The notes: a model not told the origin generated them from the letters alone. A stretch of 64,000 nucleotides of DNA from Smithella sp. (GCA_035350895.1 DAOPVC010000002.1:10639-74638); one strand, 5' to 3'; shown: positions 32,209 to 42,433, numbered from the stretch's first letter. Translations and numbers: made by a program.

Positions 32209-32382
32209 ATGAAACAGAACACGAAGGATCAGGAGTGGCAGCAGATGCAGTATCGTATAAATAAATTTGTAGGCCATTTTCTGAAAAATGATATCCCTGC
32301 TATTGAACACAAAACACTCATAGCCGGTCTTTTGCAATCACCCCCGGAATACAATGAGCAAAATATAGAAGAAACTGTGTGA
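32209..32382 (+). CDS. small hypothetical protein (57 aa)
   Basis: AGGAGG RBS at 32197-32202 with 6-nt spacing. Sits immediately downstream of wrbA. No recognisable motif. Confidence 0.45.
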   Translation: MKQNTKDQEWQQMQYRINKFVGHFLKNDIPAIEHKTLIAGLLQSPPEYNEQNIEETV

Positions 32383-32466
32383 ATAATATTTGCAGAATAT
32401 TATCGGCCTAAATGGCAGGGGACAAAATTACATAAATTTAAATAATTGCACTTAAGTCAAGAAAGG

Positions 32467-33015
32467 ATGGCGGACAAAATGATTGGAGAAAAAATAAGAA
32501 ACGCGATGAATGAACAAATCAAACATGAAATGGAATCTTTTTATGTCTATTTATCAATGGCTGCATACTTTCATGCGCAGAATCTGGACGGCATGGCGCA
32601 CTGGATGCGTTGCCAGGCGCATGAGGAAATGATCCACGCCATGAAGTTCTACGATCACATCCTTGACCGGGGCGGTATCGTGACACTTTTGGATTTGAAG
32701 CAAATCAAAACCATATGGAAAAAACCGCTGGAACCCTGGCTGGATGCCTATGAACATGAAAAGTTCATTACAGGTAAGATTAAGGATATAACGAAAATAT
32801 CCCGTGAAGAAAACGACTACACATCCGAACCCCTTCTTTCCTGGTTTTTAAAGGAACAGATCGAAGAAGAAAAAAGCACGGAAAAAGTATCCCGCGAACT
32901 GGCCATGGTAGAAAACTCCAAAGAAGGTATTTTGATGTTGGACAGGGAATTGGCCACACGTGTTTTTACGGCCGGATCACCGCTGGATCCGGCAGCCTAC
33001 AATTTGGCGACATAA
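32467..33015 (+). CDS. ferritin (non-haem, Ftn-like)
   Basis: Di-iron ligand pattern NEQIKHEMESFYVY...AHEEMIHAM...EQIEEE. The start could be 32479. Confidence 0.85.
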   Translation: MADKMIGEKIRNAMNEQIKHEMESFYVYLSMAAYFHAQNLDGMAHWMRCQAHEEMIHAMKFYDHILDRGGIVTLLDLKQIKTIWKKPLEPWLDAYEHEKFITGKIKDITKISREENDYTSEPLLSWFLKEQIEEEKSTEKVSRELAMVENSKEGILMLDRELATRVFTAGSPLDPAAYNLAT

Positions 33016-33131
33016 AAAAGCAGTATGAATCATACGACAATCTCCGTCATCAACCCCAGCGGGAGAAATAAGAAAGCGATATGTCACCATAATAAAATCA
33101 AAATAACTCAGGCCGATGGAGAGACATTACG

Positions 33132-33782
33132 ATGGAAAAGAAATCAATATTATTTCCGGGTCTTTTATTCGTTGTCATCGTCACCGCACTAACGCTGGGA
33201 CTTTATGGCTTTGCTGTTGCTCACTGCGATACGCTGGATGGACCTGTCATTCAGGATGCCCGGAAGGCGCTGGATACCCAAGATGTCACACCTGTTCTCA
33301 AGTGGGTAAAGCAGAAGGATGAAAAGGCAGTGCGCGCAACTTTTGTAAGGGCGCTGAGAGCCAAAGGGAAAAAAGACGCTGCCTCATCAGAGAATCAGTT
33401 TTTTTCGACTCTCGTCAAGATTCATCGCGCCGGCGAAGGCGCACATTTTGCCGGACTTAAACCGGCAGGTGAAGTTGAGCCCGTCATTACAGAAGCGGAT
33501 AAAGCCCTGACGCGGGGTTCCTCGGATTCGCTGGTAAAAATGGTTACCAGCGATGTTGCTGCCGGCATTCAGAAGCGTTTCGAACGTGCATCCGCTACCT
33601 ACAAACACAAGGATGAGAGTGTTGAGCAGGGTCGTGAGTTTGTTGAGGCGTATGTAGAATATACACACTACGTGGAAAGACTGCATCTCGACGCAACCGG
33701 TAAAGGATTGCATGATGAACACCAAAAAGAATCCAAACATCCAGCTGCGAAGCATGGTGCGACAACAGAGCACGGACATTAA
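33132..33782 (+). CDS. secreted hypothetical protein (resembles DUF6448-type proteins)
   Basis: Signal/TM segment, then AHCDTLDGPV, and a His-rich C-terminus. Confidence 0.6.
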   Translation: MEKKSILFPGLLFVVIVTALTLGLYGFAVAHCDTLDGPVIQDARKALDTQDVTPVLKWVKQKDEKAVRATFVRALRAKGKKDAASSENQFFSTLVKIHRAGEGAHFAGLKPAGEVEPVITEADKALTRGSSDSLVKMVTSDVAAGIQKRFERASATYKHKDESVEQGREFVEAYVEYTHYVERLHLDATGKGLHDEHQKESKHPAAKHGATTEHGH

Positions 33783-33810
33783 CATTGCGCAGAACAAAAG
33801 GAGAAAGAAC

Positions 33811-34146
33811 ATGACAGAGAACTCTAAACCGACAGGACATATAGCCGATATATTGAATATTAAAAACCTGGCTGACTATCAGGATCACTCCATCGTCAGC
33901 CGGGAGATCATACAAAAACCATCGGGGACAATAACCGTTTTCGCTTTCGATAAGGGAGAGGGGCTCAGCGAACACGTGGCGCCTTTTGCCGCTGCCGTTT
34001 ATGTGCTGGAAGGCGAGGCGGAAATTCACATTGAAGGGAAGCCGTATTCAGTCAAAGAAGGAGAAATGATTATTATGCCGGCCGACAAGCCCCACGCGCT
34101 CAAAGCTATAAATCGCTTTAAAATGTTGCTGGTGATGATCAAATAA
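33811..34146 (+). CDS. cupin domain protein
   Basis: GGAG RBS at 33800. Cupin motifs FDKGEGLSEH and GEMIIMPADKPHAL. Confidence 0.8.
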   Translation: MTENSKPTGHIADILNIKNLADYQDHSIVSREIIQKPSGTITVFAFDKGEGLSEHVAPFAAAVYVLEGEAEIHIEGKPYSVKEGEMIIMPADKPHALKAINRFKMLLVMIK

Positions 34147-34168
34147 TCGAAAGCATGAGAGGTGACCT

Positions 34169-34678
34169 ATGAAGAAAAAAGATTATCTGCGATTAATTTT
34201 GATTCTAGCCATTTTTTCCCTGGCATTAGGTGGCTGTCTGCTTCATTTGAGAATCCATCCGGTTGCCCAAGACGCGGAGCATTGGATACCGGCCGTCGCC
34301 GGATTCATCAGCGTGGTTATCATTCCTGGTCTCTTTATTTTCCGGTCAACAATCCCTTTTGCCTATCTTCTTAACGGCATGACGGTAATCATCGGCACCA
34401 TTGCCATGACTCGTTTTTCCATTGAAAATCCACCGCAGGTGTGGACGCTGGAGACTTTCTTATTTGGAACGCTGTTTGCCGACATCATGATTCTTTGGGG
34501 AAAATTTGCATTAGGCAAAGCTCTTTATGAAATGGATTCAGTGGTGAGTCAGCCGGATGGGTTAAGACGTACAGGAAGATTTTTCCGTTTTCCGAACATG
34601 GGATTTTGGTTTGTGCATGTGGTGATGTTAACCGCCGTTTATATGATCGGTATTTACTTCTGGAAATCACAGGGATAA
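34169..34678 (+). CDS. hypothetical integral membrane protein (about 5 TM)
   Basis: 169 aa, hydrophobic throughout. GAGAGG RBS. Confidence 0.6.
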   Translation: MKKKDYLRLILILAIFSLALGGCLLHLRIHPVAQDAEHWIPAVAGFISVVIIPGLFIFRSTIPFAYLLNGMTVIIGTIAMTRFSIENPPQVWTLETFLFGTLFADIMILWGKFALGKALYEMDSVVSQPDGLRRTGRFFRFPNMGFWFVHVVMLTAVYMIGIYFWKSQG

Positions 34679-34680
34679 AC

Positions 34681-34886
34681 TCCTCAGCAAGCTGAGAAGT
34701 ATATCCCTTCCGCTGAGCGGGATTGTTCTAGTGTCCCGCTGAGCTTCGCTCGCGGGATAATTCGACCTACAAGTTTCAGTGCACTTTCCCGCTTTGCGGG
34801 ATAGTTCGACTGACGCTTCACTATAGTTCAGCGAGTCTCACTATGCTTCTGAAACCTGGGTCTCATTAAAATTTGAGTTTCACAAT
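34681..34886 (+). repeat. B-family modular repeat copy (three hairpin+GATARTTCGAC units, tail GGGTCTCATTAAAATTTGAGTTTCACAAT)
   Basis: Units end at 34730, 34770 and 34814. The tail is nearly identical to 43473-43503. Confidence 0.75.
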
Positions 34887-34900
34887 AAGAGGAGGATATC

Positions 34901-34990
34901 ATGATGAAGTATTTTTTATTATTCAAGCCGGGTTGGTGGCTATTACATGTTCTGGCGATTTTACTTCTGCTTTTGATGGGTCATCTATAA
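34901..34990 (+). CDS. candidate 29-aa hydrophobic peptide MMKYFLLFKPGWWLLHVLAILLLLLMGHL
   Basis: GAGGAGG RBS at 34889-34895, 5 nt before the ATG. Single predicted TM. Below the ORF-track length cutoff. Confidence 0.4.
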   Translation: MMKYFLLFKPGWWLLHVLAILLLLLMGHL

Positions 34991-35063
34991 CACCCTTGAA
35001 TTGAACAGGACGGTAAAATAGTTTTTGAAATAAAAGAAAATATTTTCATCAGGGTATATGATC

Positions 35064-35600
35064 ATGAGCATCGTTTATACCATTGGTCACTCCAATCGGC
35101 CCATTGAAAAATTTATTCAAATCCTTCAATTCTATAAAATTGAAACCGTTGCCGACGTACGAAGCATTGCAGCGTCCGGACATAACCCGCAGTATAATGA
35201 AGATGATCTGCGCAATAGTTTAAGCCGGGAAGATATTGGCTATATCCATTTGAAGGGACTTGGCGGACTCCGGCATACCACCAAAGCCTCAATCAATACC
35301 GCCTGGGAAAATGCCTCCTTTCGCGGCTATGCCGATTACATGCAGACAACCCAATTTAAGGAGAATCTTGACCAGCTCATCCACATGCTCAAGGATAAAC
35401 CAACAGTGATCATGTGCGCTGAAGTCCTTCCATGGCGCTGTCACAGGTCTCTGATCGGCGATGCCCTCCTGATCCTGAACATTACAGTCATAGACATCAT
35501 AAATGAAAAAAACAGCAAACATCATCTTCTGACGTCGTTTGCCAAAGTTGAAGGGCAAAGAATTATTTACCCCAAAGACAGCTTAACAGGAGGCCTGTAG
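35064..35600 (+). CDS. DUF488 domain protein
   Basis: VYTIGHSNRPIEKF...VADVR...WRCHR pattern typical of DUF488. Confidence 0.8.
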   Translation: MSIVYTIGHSNRPIEKFIQILQFYKIETVADVRSIAASGHNPQYNEDDLRNSLSREDIGYIHLKGLGGLRHTTKASINTAWENASFRGYADYMQTTQFKENLDQLIHMLKDKPTVIMCAEVLPWRCHRSLIGDALLILNITVIDIINEKNSKHHLLTSFAKVEGQRIIYPKDSLTGGL

Positions 35601-36401
35601 GTGAATATCATTATTTGCATTAAGCAAGTGCCGGACACGACGAATGTTAAAATTAATCCGGAGACCAACACATTGATCCGTGAAGGCATCTCCAGCATTA
35701 TTAATCCATTTGACCTGTACGCCATTGAAGAAGGTCTTCGTCTTAAGGAAAAATTCGGAGGGAAAGTTACCGTTATTTCACTCGGGCCGCCGCAAGCGAT
35801 TAACGCGCTTAAAGAAGCCGTCGGAATGGGAGCGGATGAGGCCATCCAGCTTTCCGACCGCGCTTTTGCGGGTTCGGACTCCTGGGCTACAGCCTACACT
35901 CTGTCCCTGGCAATTAAAAAATTGGGCGCATTCGATATAATTTTATGTGGTAAACAGGCCATCGACGGCGACACCGGACAGGTAGGACCCGGCATAGCAA
36001 GTCAACTCGGCATTACCCAACTCACCTACGTTTTTAAAATTATCCGGGTGGATCCAGAAACCGGTGCTCTCACAGTAGAAAGACTGCTGGAAGAAGGTCG
36101 GGAGGTCGTGGAAGCTAAATTGCCTGCCCTCCTTACCGTGGTCAAGGATATCAACCAACCTCGCCCGACTTCTCTTTTTCACATTCGCCGCGCTTCCAAA
36201 CTCATCATTCCCACATGGACGGTTGCCGATTTACCCGGTGCAGACCCTTCAAACCTGGGACTGACAGGCAGTCCGACACAGGTGATAAAAATATTCAGCC
36301 CGCCAAAACATGAGGGCGTTCTGGAATTGATTAAAGCCGATAGCGTCGAAGAATCTGCGGCAATACTCGCCGATAAAATCATTGCGAAAAAAGTTCTATA
36401 A
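35601..36401 (+). CDS. etfB: electron transfer flavoprotein beta subunit
   Basis: GTG start after a GGAGG RBS. IIICIKQVPDT..., NPFDLYAIEEGLRLKE, GKQAIDGDTGQVGP. Confidence 0.92.
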   Translation: MNIIICIKQVPDTTNVKINPETNTLIREGISSIINPFDLYAIEEGLRLKEKFGGKVTVISLGPPQAINALKEAVGMGADEAIQLSDRAFAGSDSWATAYTLSLAIKKLGAFDIILCGKQAIDGDTGQVGPGIASQLGITQLTYVFKIIRVDPETGALTVERLLEEGREVVEAKLPALLTVVKDINQPRPTSLFHIRRASKLIIPTWTVADLPGADPSNLGLTGSPTQVIKIFSPPKHEGVLELIKADSVEESAAILADKIIAKKVL

Positions 36402-36410
36402 GGAGAAAGC

Positions 36411-37610
36411 ATGCCCCTTTTGGATATCGATAAAGATAAATGCATTGGTTGCGGAGCGTGTATCGATGCCTGCCCGTTCGGAGCGCTAAGCCTTGTGGAC
36501 GATATGGTGGTGGTCAACGATAAATGCACAGGATGCGGCGCCTGCCTGCTTGCATGTCCGATGCATGCGCTCAGTCTTCCTGAGAAACTCCCGCTGAAAA
36601 TGGCGGGGAATCTTGCCTCATACAGCGGCGTGTGGGTCTGGGTGGAACAGTTCCATGGACAGACAGACGGTATTTCCGTGGAAATGCTGGGTCAGGGCCG
36701 GAAATTGGCTGACCAGCGTAACGTTGCCCTCACCGCTTGCGTGTTGGGTCACCATGTGGAACACATTGCCAAGGAAGCCATTTCTTTTGGAGCGGATCGT
36801 GTTTTTTTGGTGGATGACGAAAGCCTTTCTTTCTATACTACCGCTCCCTATGCGAGCACGCTGATTAATCTGGCTAGCGAGTATAAGCCGGAGATATTCC
36901 TGTTGGGTGCAAGTGCTCGTGGCCGCGATCTTGCCGGTTCGGTCGCTTCTCTTCTCCACACCGGTCTTACTGCCGATTGCACCGGTTTTGATATTGAGCC
37001 GGAGAATGGCTTATTGCTGCAAACGCGTCCGGCTTTTGGCGGCAACATCATGGCTACCATCATTTGCCCCAATCATCGTCCGCAGATGGCCACAGTGCGA
37101 TATCGTGTTTTCGAAAAGCCCATTGCCGATTATCAACGTCAGGGACAAGTAATTCCCATCAAAGCCGCCATGAGCGTGGACCGGATTACAGCGCATGTCG
37201 TGGAGTCTATCCTAGAAAAAGATGAAGTGAATCTGGCTGATGCGCGCGTCATCGTGGCCGGCGGACACGGCGTGGGCGGTCCGGCTGGTTTCGAGACAAT
37301 CCGTAAATTAGCTGATGTATTAGACGGTGCGGTAGGATCATCGCGCTCCGCAGTAGATGCAGGATGGATATCTTATGCCCATCAGATAGGGCAAACCGGA
37401 CGCACGGTGCGTCCCGATCTGTATATTGCCTGCGGAATTTCCGGACAAATACAACATCTGGCGGGCATGAAGACATCCAAGGTCATTGTCGCTATCAATA
37501 CAAATCCGGATGCGCCTATTTTTAATATTGCTAATTACGGCATTGTGGGTGATTTATTCGAGATTGTTCCGGCATTGACCAAACAATTCAAAAAGAAACT
37601 GCATAAGTAG
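36411..37610 (+). CDS. etfA: electron transfer flavoprotein alpha subunit with N-terminal 2x[4Fe-4S] ferredoxin domain
   Basis: CIGCGACIDACP and CTGCGACLLACP, then an EtfA core with FAD motif ISGQIQHLAGM. Confidence 0.92.
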   Translation: MPLLDIDKDKCIGCGACIDACPFGALSLVDDMVVVNDKCTGCGACLLACPMHALSLPEKLPLKMAGNLASYSGVWVWVEQFHGQTDGISVEMLGQGRKLADQRNVALTACVLGHHVEHIAKEAISFGADRVFLVDDESLSFYTTAPYASTLINLASEYKPEIFLLGASARGRDLAGSVASLLHTGLTADCTGFDIEPENGLLLQTRPAFGGNIMATIICPNHRPQMATVRYRVFEKPIADYQRQGQVIPIKAAMSVDRITAHVVESILEKDEVNLADARVIVAGGHGVGGPAGFETIRKLADVLDGAVGSSRSAVDAGWISYAHQIGQTGRTVRPDLYIACGISGQIQHLAGMKTSKVIVAINTNPDAPIFNIANYGIVGDLFEIVPALTKQFKKKLHK

Positions 37611-37835
37611 CGGGCGCTGCAGCAAAATATCGTGGACAATAAGACATTGATGACCGCTTACAAACACAGCATGAAAAAGAGAAATGATTTATTGCATTGT
37701 TACGAAGAGCTCGTTAAAAAGGAATAAGATTGTGATACGGCGCAGGCGCTGAATGTCATCTTTAGCAAAAAGCTTGCATAACCTGTTTTGTCGACACCAC
37801 CGAGACGCACCTCCCAACGAATTTTCAGAAGAAAT

Positions 37836-37910
37836 AGTAGTAGCATATGCCTACCATTATTCACTTGTTTAACTATCATTGCTTTTCGTTATAAGTGCAT
37901 TAATAATATT
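37836..37910 (+). promoter_or_regulatory. A-family cassette, degenerate copy
   Basis: GTAGCATATGCCTACCATT...CATTGCTTTTC...GTGCATTAATAAT in the same order and spacing as the strong copies. Upstream of the gene at 38053. Confidence 0.45.
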
Positions 37911-38052
37911 ACAAACTTATAATAAACGAAAATGTTACGGAGTGGGTTCGAGAAAACTGGCTATGCAATTTGATTTTTTATCTTCTTCATAAGAATGCCA
38001 GTGTAACCTGATTAAAAATTAACATGACTAACTTCAAGGAAGGAGTAAAAAG

Positions 38053-38469
38053 ATGATTAAGCTAAAAGATTGTGACAGTAAACGGTTGTTGTTAATAGTT
38101 TTAATAACATTAGGACTTTTTACGCTGGCCTCCTGTGCGACAACTTCATGTCAAAAATATTCTACGGGCGGCGGCGGTATTGCCATAAAAGGCAGCGTCG
38201 TTAAGGTAGCCGATAGAGGTGTTTATTTATGCGTGGGCAGTCTGGATGGTGCCTCGATTGGTCAGGAACTGGAAGTCTGGAGGACAATCTATGGAGTAGG
38301 ATCTAAAGCAAATACAAGCATTACGAGTGGATCTATTTCCAGTGGAGAGATTAGTGAAAATATGGTCGGGAAAGTCAAAATTACAAAAATTCTAGATGAA
38401 CATTATTCTTTTGCTGAGGTTATATCAGGCGAGGCAAGACTTCACGATATTGTCGAAGCAAAATATTAA
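38053..38469 (+). CDS. hypothetical lipoprotein
   Basis: AAGGAGT RBS, lipobox LASC. 138 aa. Confidence 0.65.
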   Translation: MIKLKDCDSKRLLLIVLITLGLFTLASCATTSCQKYSTGGGGIAIKGSVVKVADRGVYLCVGSLDGASIGQELEVWRTIYGVGSKANTSITSGSISSGEISENMVGKVKITKILDEHYSFAEVISGEARLHDIVEAKY

Positions 38470-38544
38470 AAGAATGTGCTATACATATCATTGTATTTGA
38501 AAAGAGCGGGCTACCCCTACTATTTTGGCGGTAGCTCGTTCTTT

Positions 38545-38669
38545 TGTCTGGATAATCCCCCAACACCTTTGGATATCTTTAAAAAGCGTTATGCCAAAAA
38601 GAAATCACAAAGCAAGAATATGAAAGAATGAAACACGATATTAAACTGGTAGGTTTATCCTACCGCTAA
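38545..38669 (+). pseudogene. frameshifted remnant of a SHOCT-domain C-terminus
   Basis: Frame 1 reads PLDIFKKRYAK. After the A-run at 38596-38600 the motif continues in another frame as EITKQEYERMKHDIKL. No credible N-terminal part. Confidence 0.35.
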
Positions 38670-38710
38670 CCTACAGATCAACCCTCATTGTTAATTTAAT
38701 TTAAAGATAT
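38648..38710 (+). promoter_or_regulatory. A-family cassette, degenerate copy with intact palindrome GGTAGGTTTATCCTACC
   Basis: Palindrome at 38648-38664, followed by ACCTACAGATCAACCCTCATTGTTAATTT. Upstream of the uspA-like gene. Confidence 0.5.
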
Positions 38711-38740
38711 ATTCTAAAACAAAAAAAGGAGGACATCATT

Positions 38741-39193
38741 ATGTTCGCGCCAAAGAAGATTTTAGTACCCACGGATTTTTCAGTTTATGCCGATAACGCT
38801 TTAAAACAGGCAATAGACATTGCCAAACAAAATAAAGCCAAGATTTATCTTTTGCATGTCATTGATGACAGCTTTCAGCAGTGTGCCGTTGATTATTGTC
38901 TGAATGAAGGGACTGTGCAAAGTATTCTCAAAGACAGTATAAAAAACGCAAAAGACAAATTGCAGCAGGAAGTCAAGAAAGTTACTGACAGCAACTCCAG
39001 TGTTGAAATTATTTATGATGCGAGAAGAGGAATTCCCTATGAAGAAATACTCAAAGATCAGGAAGAAAAAGGCATTGATTTGATCGTCATTGCTTCACAT
39101 GGGAAAACAGGCATTTTGAAAAATCTGTTGGGTGGCGTTGTCGATAAAGTCGTGAAAAGAGCTAAGTGTCAGGTATTGCTGGTCAGAAGCTAA
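38741..39193 (+). CDS. universal stress protein (UspA family)
   Basis: KKILVPTDFS..., LHV, and ATP-binding motif ASHGKTGILKNLLGGV. Confidence 0.9.
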   Translation: MFAPKKILVPTDFSVYADNALKQAIDIAKQNKAKIYLLHVIDDSFQQCAVDYCLNEGTVQSILKDSIKNAKDKLQQEVKKVTDSNSSVEIIYDARRGIPYEEILKDQEEKGIDLIVIASHGKTGILKNLLGGVVDKVVKRAKCQVLLVRS

Positions 39194-39284
39194 AATTGGG
39201 TATGTCAATCTAGAGCTCAAGACAAATGATGAAACCATCAAAGAAAAGTCCTACTCTCATTTCTTGTAAAGCAGAAATAACGAA

Positions 39285-39689
39285 ATGTCCATATCCTTGG
39301 GCTTAATATATATTCTGTTGGGAATATTGTCCGGTATATTAAGCGGATTAATCGGCATAGGGGGCGGGACTATTATTGTGCCGGTTTTAATTTTTATTTG
39401 CGGTCTTTCCCAGAAAACAGCCCGAGAAACCACTCTGGCTTTATTAGTTCCGCCAATAGGCATCCTTGCCGCATGGACATACTATAAACAGGGATATGTT
39501 GATTTTCCCATTGCCGGATTAATCTGTATTGGATTCATATTTAGCGGTCTGATTGGTGCTAAGCTGGCAACCAGTATATCCAATCAAACGCTGGAAAGAA
39601 TTTTCGGTATTGCATTGATTGCTCATTTCAATAAAAATGATTTTCTCAAAGTAAAATTAATTAAGAGGCTTGTTTTGAAATTGATTTGA
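39285..39689 (+). CDS. half-size TauE/SafE (DUF81) family membrane protein
   Basis: GILSGLIGIGGGTIIVPVL motif with 4 TM, about half the usual length. Confidence 0.7.
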   Translation: MSISLGLIYILLGILSGILSGLIGIGGGTIIVPVLIFICGLSQKTARETTLALLVPPIGILAAWTYYKQGYVDFPIAGLICIGFIFSGLIGAKLATSISNQTLERIFGIALIAHFNKNDFLKVKLIKRLVLKLI

Positions 39690-39745
39690 CTTTATAATTA
39701 ATTAAAACAAGAAAAAATGACTCTTAATGAAGAAGTAAGGTCGGT

Positions 39746-41968
39746 ATGACAAATCCTCCGCCCAAGAAAAATAATAATATTCTCTTCGCGGCATTAATCA
39801 TATTTTTCTCATTGTCCGCATTAATTATTATCCTAGGTTATTTTATTTATCAAAACCAAAAAAAAGACATTGCTAATGCCGCCAGTCAACAGCTTACAGC
39901 GATTGCTGAACTTAAAGTATGGGAAATCAATAATTGGCGTAGTGAGCGCATCGGTGACGCAGGCGTAATCTATAAAAATAATGAATTTGCGTCCGATGTA
40001 ATGCAATATTTCAACAATCCTTCATCGCTGGAAGCAAGAAAAAATATTTTGTCGTTACTTTCTGCAACACAAAAATCATATCAATATAAAAACATATTAC
40101 TACTCGATACAAATAAAAAAGTTCAATTGGCCTTAAAGGACTATAACAGCGGTTTTGGCAAGGGTCATTTCGATGATATCGATGAAGCAGTCAAAAAAAA
40201 CGACATCATCATTAGTGATTTATACGGAAATAATAAAACAGGGGCTATTCATCTGTCTGTGGTTATTCCCATTATGATCATGCAAAAGGCTAATACGAAA
40301 CATGTTGGTTCGGTCATGATTATTATCGATCCCCATGTGCGCTTATATCCGGCGATAAAATTATGGCCTGTGCCCAGTGAGACGGGTGAGGCACTGCTTG
40401 TACATCGTGAAGGTAACGACGTCGTTTATCTTAACGAATTGCGTCACATCAAGAACATGCCTTTAATGATGAAATATCCCTTAACGGCATCATCATTACC
40501 TGCCGTTAAGGCGGTGCTTGGCTGGAAAGGTGTCGTTTACGGGACAGATTATCGTAAAAAAAGTGTTCTGGCGGCAATCAAGGCCGTGCCGGATACTGCA
40601 TGGTTTCTTGTCGCTAAGGTTGATACGGAGGAAATACACGCACCCTTAAGAGCGCGTTTTTGGACGACTGTTTTTTTCATCATAGTCAATATATTGGTTC
40701 TTGGAATTATTGTCGCTTATATCTGGCGTTATCAGCAGGCAAAATATTATCGTAAACAATATGAGCTGGAAGATAAAAGGGCTTTTCTATATGCCCGAAG
40801 TTTGATTGAAGCGAGTATCGATCCTCTGGTGACCATCAGCAATGAAGGAAAAATTATGGATGTCAACGAATCGACGGAATCGATCACAGGTCGATCCAGA
40901 AAAGAATTGATCGGCAGTAATTTTTCCAATTATTTTACCGAACCGGAAAAAGCCGAGGAGGGATATAAACTGGTATTTGAAAATGGCATTGTCCGGGATT
41001 ATCCCCTGTCTATAAGAAATGTTTCCGGTAAGATTACTGAAGTATTATACAATGCCACCGTATATAAAAACGAAGCCGGAGAGGTGCAGGGTGTTTTTGC
41101 AGCGGCCCGTGATATAACGGTATTAAGACGTATAGAAAAAGAGTTGAAGACTGCGCATGACGAATTAGAAATCAGAGTAAAGGAAAGAACAAAAGAATTA
41201 CAAATAGCGAATGAGGCTCTGCACTGCGAAATAACAGAACGTAAAGAAGTCGAAAGACTTATTGAACTGCGGACAAAATTGCTGGAAGTGACGAATAAAG
41301 AATTGGAAAGTTTCAGCTACTCCGTTTCTCACGATTTGCGTGCTCCGCTGCGCGCCATTGACGGATATACGAGGATGATTCTAAGGGATCAAAGAGACAA
41401 GCTCGATGATGATGCCAAACGTAAATTCGATTTGATTAGAATCAATACTCAAATGATGGGCAAGCTGATTGACGATTTGCTTTCCTTTTCTCGTTTAGGA
41501 CGTTTGGAACTTAATATGACAAAGCTTGATATTGAAAGTTTAGTCAATGATATATGGATGGAGTTGCAGATTATTAATCCCGGTAGAAAGATTGACTTGA
41601 AAATTGAAAATATTCCGCCGGGATGGGGTGACCGCACATTAATCAAGCAAGTGTATTCTAATCTTTTAGCGAATGCTGTAAAATATACAAAATTGATAGA
41701 TAAAGCGTATGTGGAAACCGGTGGATACACGGAAGGGAATGAAAATATCTACTATGTTAAGGATAATGGAGTTGGCTTTGATATGGAGTATTATGATAAG
41801 TTGTTCGGCGTATTTCAACGTTTGCACAGCTCTGATGATTATGAAGGAACCGGTGTAGGTTTGGCTATCGTTCAGCGAATAATTCACCGCCACGGAGGCC
41901 GTGTCTGGGCTAATGGAAAGGTAGATAAAGGCGCCACTTTTTATTTTACATTGCTTCAAAAGGATTGA
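39746..41968 (+). CDS. sensor histidine kinase (TM, ~270-aa extracytoplasmic domain, TM, PAS, HisKA, HATPase)
   Basis: H-box FSYSVSHDLRAPLRAIDGY, N-box LLANAVKYT, G-boxes DNGVGFD and GTGVGLAIV. Confidence 0.92.
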   Translation: MTNPPPKKNNNILFAALIIFFSLSALIIILGYFIYQNQKKDIANAASQQLTAIAELKVWEINNWRSERIGDAGVIYKNNEFASDVMQYFNNPSSLEARKNILSLLSATQKSYQYKNILLLDTNKKVQLALKDYNSGFGKGHFDDIDEAVKKNDIIISDLYGNNKTGAIHLSVVIPIMIMQKANTKHVGSVMIIIDPHVRLYPAIKLWPVPSETGEALLVHREGNDVVYLNELRHIKNMPLMMKYPLTASSLPAVKAVLGWKGVVYGTDYRKKSVLAAIKAVPDTAWFLVAKVDTEEIHAPLRARFWTTVFFIIVNILVLGIIVAYIWRYQQAKYYRKQYELEDKRAFLYARSLIEASIDPLVTISNEGKIMDVNESTESITGRSRKELIGSNFSNYFTEPEKAEEGYKLVFENGIVRDYPLSIRNVSGKITEVLYNATVYKNEAGEVQGVFAAARDITVLRRIEKELKTAHDELEIRVKERTKELQIANEALHCEITERKEVERLIELRTKLLEVTNKELESFSYSVSHDLRAPLRAIDGYTRMILRDQRDKLDDDAKRKFDLIRINTQMMGKLIDDLLSFSRLGRLELNMTKLDIESLVNDIWMELQIINPGRKIDLKIENIPPGWGDRTLIKQVYSNLLANAVKYTKLIDKAYVETGGYTEGNENIYYVKDNGVGFDMEYYDKLFGVFQRLHSSDDYEGTGVGLAIVQRIIHRHGGRVWANGKVDKGATFYFTLLQKD

Positions 41969-41972
41969 TAAT

Positions 41973-42407
41973 ATGAATAATCCGGAGATAGTACTTGTTG
42001 AAGATAATCAGCATGATTTAGAGATGATTATAGATGCTCTTAATGAATTGAGAATCTACAAAAACGTATGTATTCTGCGAGATGGCGTCGAGGCGACAAA
42101 ATACTTTTTTAATTCCGCAGGCGGATTAAATTTTAATATCAGTGCTTTGCCAAAACTGATTCTGTTGGATCTAAAATTACCCAAGATCAATGGTCTGGAA
42201 GTATTAAAGGCGTTAAAAATGAATGAAGAAACCAGGTCTCTGCCGGTAGTTATTTTTACTTCATCGGATGAATCGAGTGATCGGATTAGCAGTTACAATC
42301 TTGGCGCTAACAGCTATCTGGTAAAGCCATTGGATGCTGATGAATATTTTTCCTACATAAGAGATATTATTAATTACTGGATCGGGATGAATGCCACAGC
42401 GCAGTGA
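41973..42407 (+). CDS. single-domain response regulator (receiver only)
   Basis: EDNQHD acidic pocket, phospho-acceptor LILLDLKLP, conserved Lys in YLVKP. Confidence 0.9.
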   Translation: MNNPEIVLVEDNQHDLEMIIDALNELRIYKNVCILRDGVEATKYFFNSAGGLNFNISALPKLILLDLKLPKINGLEVLKALKMNEETRSLPVVIFTSSDESSDRISSYNLGANSYLVKPLDADEYFSYIRDIINYWIGMNATAQ

Positions 42408-42433
42408 AGAGTTATTCACGGAGGTATTTGGCA

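Noticed and set aside
34681-34886. B-family hairpin units as a CRISPR array
   Set aside because: Unit lengths and spacings are irregular and the conserved part is only about 12-15 nt. The copies are dispersed and no cas genes are present.
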